NCBI GenBank assembly: GCA_902527045.1
Contig: CABZNL010000005.1
Span: forward strand, 332 to 64,331
Source of the DNA: an uncultured Alphaproteobacteria bacterium
GTDB lineage: Bacteria; Pseudomonadota; Alphaproteobacteria; HIMB59
Reading direction: 5' to 3'
DNA: 64,000 bases
The position numbers and the translations under genes are program-made. This document shows positions 59,568 to 64,000 of this stretch, in pieces. The notes under the pieces are model-generated. The model was given only the letters and a program-made list of their open reading frames with translations, was not told the origin of the DNA and ran no database searches. Within the stretch, counting starts at the first letter, position 1, and every line of letters starts with the position of its first letter.

Positions 59568-62232
59568 CCCAATTTAATCCACCACCAAAGTCAACTTTTA
59601 TAGGTGTTTTAAATGACTTATATTTTTGATGTGATGTTTCCATCAATTTAGCTATTTCTGGAATAATATCTTTCTCTTTTTTATAAATTTCAAATAAAAG
59701 CTCATCATGAACTTGAGATGTCATTTTAGATTTACATTTATTTTTATCTAAATAGTTATGAATATCCAACATTGCAATTTTTATTAACTCAGATGCTGTG
59801 CCTTGAATAGGTGCATTGATAGCTTGTCTTTCTGCAAAAGATCGGAGCATAAAGTTTTTAGCATTGATGTCTTTAATGTGAGACTTTCTTCCAAAAAGGT
59901 TTTCGACGTAGCCTAATTTTTTTGCTTTGTCGGTGGTTGCTTTCATAAAGTCATTAATGTTTGGAAATTTTTTAAAATAGTTATCTATGAAAAGCTTTGC
60001 TTCCGCATTGCTAACACCTAACTGTTTAGCTAAACCATATTGGCTAATTCCATAGATTATTCCAAAATTAATAATCTTGGCCATTCTTCTGTCGTTATCG
60101 TTAATTATTTTTTTATTAAAAACTAATTGGCCTGTACTTTCATGAATGTCCTGATCTTCTTGGAAAGCTTTCAATAAATTTGGATCATCACAAGCCTCAC
60201 ATAAAACTCGAAGTTCAATTTGTGAATAGTCAAAACTATAAAGCTCATAATCTTTTTCAGCTATAAAGGCTGTTCTTATCTTTTTTCCAATTTCAGTTCT
60301 GATTGGGATGTTTTGAAGATTAGGTTCAGATGAGCTTAGTCGTCCTGTTATGGTTGCGGCAATATTAAATGTACTATGAACCCTGTCTTTTTTATCTGCG
60401 TGATCAGCTAATGATGAGGTATAGGTAGAAACGAGCTTAGAGTATTGTCTCCATTGCAAAATATGTGAGGCTATCTCAACACCTTCAGACTCCAATTGCT
60501 CTAATACTTTCACATTTGTTTGAAAATCTCCTGCTTTAGTCTTCTTTGTAACTTTGATATCTAATTTCTTGAAAATTTCAGTTAATTGTTTTGGGGATCC
60601 AATATTAAATTCTTCACCAGCAATCTTAAATATTTTCTGCTCAATTTTTTCAATCTCTTTGTTGAGATCTTTTTCTAGTTTATTTAAAAATTTTAAATCA
60701 ATTTTACAACCATTGCTCTCTACTTCTTGGAGAACTAAGCTTAGTTTTTTATCAATATCATAATAAATCCAACTATCTAAGGACTCAGCTATCTGCTCAT
60801 TGAGAGTTTCATATAATTTGAAAGTGGCATATGCATCATGAGCGGCATAATTTGTAGCGGCTTCTAATGGCACTTCAGAAAAATCTTTGTATTTTCTCTT
60901 AGACTCATTTTTTATAACATCTTTGAACTTTTCTTTTTCTTCTCCAAAATAGTAATAATACAAATCCTCTAAGTTATGTTTTGTTAAACCATTGTTAACA
61001 AAAAAAGACATAAGTAATGTATCTTGGAAAGAGACAGTGTTGACACCAAAACGTTTTAATATTACAGAGTCATATTTTGCATTGTGAAATAATTTTAATA
61101 TGGATTCATCTCCACACAGTTCACTAAGGTTTTTGAGTACACTTTCTTGATCTTTCTTGGATAATTCATTTTCTGGGGATTTAAATGGTAAATAATGAGC
61201 TTCGTCGGCATTCGATAAAGATATCCCAATAATATTTGCAGTATTTACATCTAAACTGTCAGTTTCTAAATCTATAGCCAATATTTTTTCAGATTTAAGA
61301 GAATTTAGATATTCTGTTATTTCTTTTATTTTAGTTAATGATTTAAAATCTATATTTTTTTTTGATGTATGAGGTTTTGTTTCATTAGCACTAATTCTTA
61401 TAAGTGATTTAAATTCGTACTTTTTGAAGAAGTCATTCAACTTTGTGGAGTCATCAAATTGTTTTAACTTTTCTATTTTAATAGGTAACTCAAGATCGTT
61501 TTTTAAAATGACAAGCTTATGACTAATTTTTGCAGACTCCTCATGATTATTTATAAGGTTTTTTATTCTAACATTTGAAATTTGATCTTTTTTTAATAAA
61601 AGTTCATCAAAAGTACCAAATTCATTGATTAATTTAGCAGCTGTTTTAGGGCCTATTCCTGGAACCCCTGGTATATTATCAACACTATCTCCTATAAGAG
61701 CTTGAACATCTGTAATTCTATCTGGGCCAACTCCAAATTTTTCCATTACTTTTGCTTCATCAATCTCAACATTTTTCATTGGGTCCATGATGCGATTGTT
61801 CGCTGATAACAATTGAAAAAGATCTTTGTCAGAACTAAATACAGTAGTGGGTATTTTATTAACCTCTCCATATTTAACATAACTTGCAATAACATCATCA
61901 GCCTCAAAATCTTTTTTTTCAATAACGTCGAGACCAAATGCTTCAATAGCTTCGCGAATAATACTAAATTGGGGTATTAAATCCTCAGGTGCCTCTCCAC
62001 GGTTCGCTTTGTAATCGGGAAATAAAGTGTTTCGAAAAGTATTTTTACCAGCGTCAAGTATTATTAATATTTTGTCACTGGGGTGTTCTTCTATTAGTCT
62101 AAGCATCATATTACAAAATCCATAAACAGCATTGGTGGGTATGCCTTTAGAATTATTCATTGGGGGTAAGGCGTAGTAGGCTCGGAAAATATATCCTGAA
62201 CCATCTACAAGAATTAACCGAGACTCAGACAT
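59554..62232 (-). CDS. polA: DNA polymerase I
   Basis: LVDGS..IFRAY, DNIPGVPGIGPKTA, exonuclease DLET, TGRLSSSEPNLQNIP, DYSQIELR, QVHDEL. Confidence 0.98.
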   Translation of the reverse strand: MSESRLILVDGSGYIFRAYYALPPMNNSKGIPTNAVYGFCNMMLRLIEEHPSDKILIILDAGKNTFRNTLFPDYKANRGEAPEDLIPQFSIIREAIEAFGLDVIEKKDFEADDVIASYVKYGEVNKIPTTVFSSDKDLFQLLSANNRIMDPMKNVEIDEAKVMEKFGVGPDRITDVQALIGDSVDNIPGVPGIGPKTAAKLINEFGTFDELLLKKDQISNVRIKNLINNHEESAKISHKLVILKNDLELPIKIEKLKQFDDSTKLNDFFKKYEFKSLIRISANETKPHTSKKNIDFKSLTKIKEITEYLNSLKSEKILAIDLETDSLDVNTANIIGISLSNADEAHYLPFKSPENELSKKDQESVLKNLSELCGDESILKLFHNAKYDSVILKRFGVNTVSFQDTLLMSFFVNNGLTKHNLEDLYYYYFGEEKEKFKDVIKNESKRKYKDFSEVPLEAATNYAAHDAYATFKLYETLNEQIAESLDSWIYYDIDKKLSLVLQEVESNGCKIDLKFLNKLEKDLNKEIEKIEQKIFKIAGEEFNIGSPKQLTEIFKKLDIKVTKKTKAGDFQTNVKVLEQLESEGVEIASHILQWRQYSKLVSTYTSSLADHADKKDRVHSTFNIAATITGRLSSSEPNLQNIPIRTEIGKKIRTAFIAEKDYELYSFDYSQIELRVLCEACDDPNLLKAFQEDQDIHESTGQLVFNKKIINDNDRRMAKIINFGIIYGISQYGLAKQLGVSNAEAKLFIDNYFKKFPNINDFMKATTDKAKKLGYVENLFGRKSHIKDINAKNFMLRSFAERQAINAPIQGTASELIKIAMLDIHNYLDKNKCKSKMTSQVHDELLFEIYKKEKDIIPEIAKLMETSHQKYKSFKTPIKVDFGGGLNWGEAH

Positions 62233-62264
62233 CTAGGCAGAATAACAAAGATTGCAGGTATATA

Positions 62265-62825
62265 CTATTCTTTAGGGGCGTGCTTATTTAGAATTCTTTG
62301 AAGAGTTCTTCGATGCATTTTTAATCGTCTTGCTGTTTCAGAAACATTACGATTACACTGAGTAAAAACTCTTTGTATATGTTCCCACCTAATTCTATCT
62401 GCGGACATTGGATTTTCAGGAGGTGGGGGCAAAGATGTGGCTGTTGAGGACATTAGTGACTTTTCAATATCATCAATATTAGCTGGTTTAGTTAAGTAAT
62501 CATCAGCGCCTAATTTTACGGATGACACAGCCGTAGCTATGTTGCCGTAACTAGTTAACATAACGGTCCGACACTCTGGGTTTTGCTCTTTTATTACCTT
62601 AATAACATCGAGTCCAGAGCCATCACCTAAACGAAGGTCTACTATAGCGTAATTAAAGTTATTGCCAGATAAAACGTCTAATGCCTCTTTTTTAGACGCA
62701 GCTGCTGTTACTGTGAAATCTTTTCGTTGAAAAGAAGTGGTTAATCGCTCTCGAAAGGGCTTATCGTCCTCAATAATAAAAAGTGTTTTGTCTTTTGTTA
62801 CTGCGTTTTGTTCTAAATCTGCCAT
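62265..62825 (-). CDS. regA: RegA/PrrA/ActR response regulator
   Basis: VDLRL.DG.GL, YGNIATAV, PPPPENPMSADRIRWEHIQRV, NVSETARRL.MHRRTLQRIL.K. Confidence 0.96.
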   Translation of the reverse strand: MADLEQNAVTKDKTLFIIEDDKPFRERLTTSFQRKDFTVTAAASKKEALDVLSGNNFNYAIVDLRLGDGSGLDVIKVIKEQNPECRTVMLTSYGNIATAVSSVKLGADDYLTKPANIDDIEKSLMSSTATSLPPPPENPMSADRIRWEHIQRVFTQCNRNVSETARRLKMHRRTLQRILNKHAPKE

Positions 62826-64000
62826 GTTAAAGTTACTTCTGCTCCATCATTACTTTGTACTGATATTTCACCATTTAGATTTTCAATCATTTGTTTTGTT
62901 ATAAACAAACCAAGGCCCATATTCACCCCTTTTTCAGGCCTGCTAGAATAGAATGGTTTTCCAAAATTAGCTATAAACTTTTTATCAAAACCTGGGCCAT
63001 CATCACGGATTTTGATAGAATATGTATTTGTTGAAGTTTCAGAAATTATTAATATTTCTCTATACGCAAAACTAATTGCATTTTTGATTATATTATTCAT
63101 AGCGATATTAAGCTCGGGTGTAATTTTAATATTAATATTTTTAGAATTTTCATCCGATCTGTAATCTAAATTTACTGCGCGATAATTATTAGAGAACTGT
63201 TCGCATAAAGATTGTGTATATGCATCTAATGACATATTGGTTATTTCAGAAGAGAGTTCTGTTGACTCTGGATTGGTTGAAAGTTCTTTCAGTATTGCCT
63301 TACACCTGTCTAATTCTAACAATAGAGTTTTTATATCTTTACCATAATTATCTTTTAGCTTTTTATCTTGGTTAAAATCTCCAACAATTAGGTTTATTGT
63401 ATTCAATGGTGTCCCTAGTTCATGAACAGCTGCTGCTGCTAACCCACCTACTTTTAAAAGTTCTTTTTCATTTTGAAGCTGCTTGCTTGATAACTCATAT
63501 GCTTTTTGCGTTCTTTTGTAGTTTAGAGAAAAGTAATAAAGATAGAAAACTAAAAAGATGCTACTTATAAAAAGAGAGATCATAATAGCTAGACTATATG
63601 TAAAATTAATGCTTGGATGAACAGATGGAGGAAGAGTAATAAAAAAATTAAATATTAAGGCAAAGCAAACTAACGCCAGACTTAAAATAATAATTATTCT
63701 TTCTATCGCTAGATATGATGCTGCAATAGCAATAGGAGCTAAGATGATAAATATGAAAGGATTAGTGTATCCCCCGTTCAAGGCAATTAAACTCGAAATT
63801 TGTATGATATCAAAACATAAAAATACGAAGACTTGTTTTTCTGAAATAATTTTATCACCTTTGTTTAAGTAAAAACCTAAGATAATGCTAGCCATCAAGA
63901 TAAAGGCTATAATCCATGAAGCAGTTGCAACAATTTTTGAAATCTCGAAAAAATACTGTGTAATTGATAAAGTAGTGGCCTGACCACCAAAAGCAATAGC
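62813..64000 (-). CDS. regB: RegB/PrrB/ActS sensor histidine kinase (5' end outside window)
   Basis: GG..NPF, GGLAAAAVHELGTPL, DRCK, DDGPGF, MGLGLFI; frame open to the window edge. Confidence 0.95.
   Translation of the reverse strand, partial: AIAFGGQATTLSITQYFFEISKIVATASWIIAFILMASIILGFYLNKGDKIISEKQVFVFLCFDIIQISSLIALNGGYTNPFIFIILAPIAIAASYLAIERIIIILSLALVCFALIFNFFITLPPSVHPSINFTYSLAIMISLFISSIFLVFYLYYFSLNYKRTQKAYELSSKQLQNEKELLKVGGLAAAAVHELGTPLNTINLIVGDFNQDKKLKDNYGKDIKTLLLELDRCKAILKELSTNPESTELSSEITNMSLDAYTQSLCEQFSNNYRAVNLDYRSDENSKNINIKITPELNIAMNNIIKNAISFAYREILIISETSTNTYSIKIRDDGPGFDKKFIANFGKPFYSSRPEKGVNMGLGLFITKQMIENLNGEISVQSNDGAEVTLTWQI

Noticed and set aside
2579..60763. Many 60-123 aa ORFs in the track that are antisense to or nested in long genes (e.g. 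2579-2815, 12642-12941, 16824-17132, 26777-27085, 52573-52944)
   Set aside because: They overlap well-supported genes and show no motifs; treated as shadow ORFs.
1..64000. CRISPR arrays, rRNA, IS elements, long tandem repeats
   Set aside because: None seen; almost all sequence is explained by tightly packed CDSs.

Overview
AT-rich, gene-dense bacterial chromosome. Gene order, RegA/RegB, a eukaryote-like BHMT and a DddP-like gene suggest a streamlined marine alphaproteobacterium (SAR11/HIMB59-like); this is inference. Left end: the core pyrF-trpFBA-accD-folC operon. Right end: trxA-murU-amgK-tsaE-metK-ahcY-adk, an NrdR-boxed nrdA-nrdB-grx locus, polA and regA/regB (regB partial). About 43 kb of accessory genes lie between folC and trxA. 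They include metal-uptake genes, GGCT plus 5-oxoprolinase, a split inverted-topology photolyase, acyl-CoA enzymes, a glycoside ABC operon with GH4 and GH1, an orphan iolD, a BHMT/Rieske/ALDH/DHDPS betaine-like cluster and a DddP-like gene. The most unusual parts are: (i) a 17.2-22 kb islet in which a phage-CII-like/HTH divergent pair drives a PDZ-fused pentameric ligand-gated ion channel, several secreted proteins and a 90-nt tRNA-like RNA with an expanded anticodon arm; (ii) a ribonucleotide reductase whose alpha subunit looks chimeric (Pseudomonas-type extra ATP cone on a eukaryote-type core) and whose beta subunit has Glu at the first metal ligand while keeping the radical Tyr. I saw no CRISPR array, rRNA, integrase or transposase. 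All family calls come from motif recognition by eye; no database searches were run.
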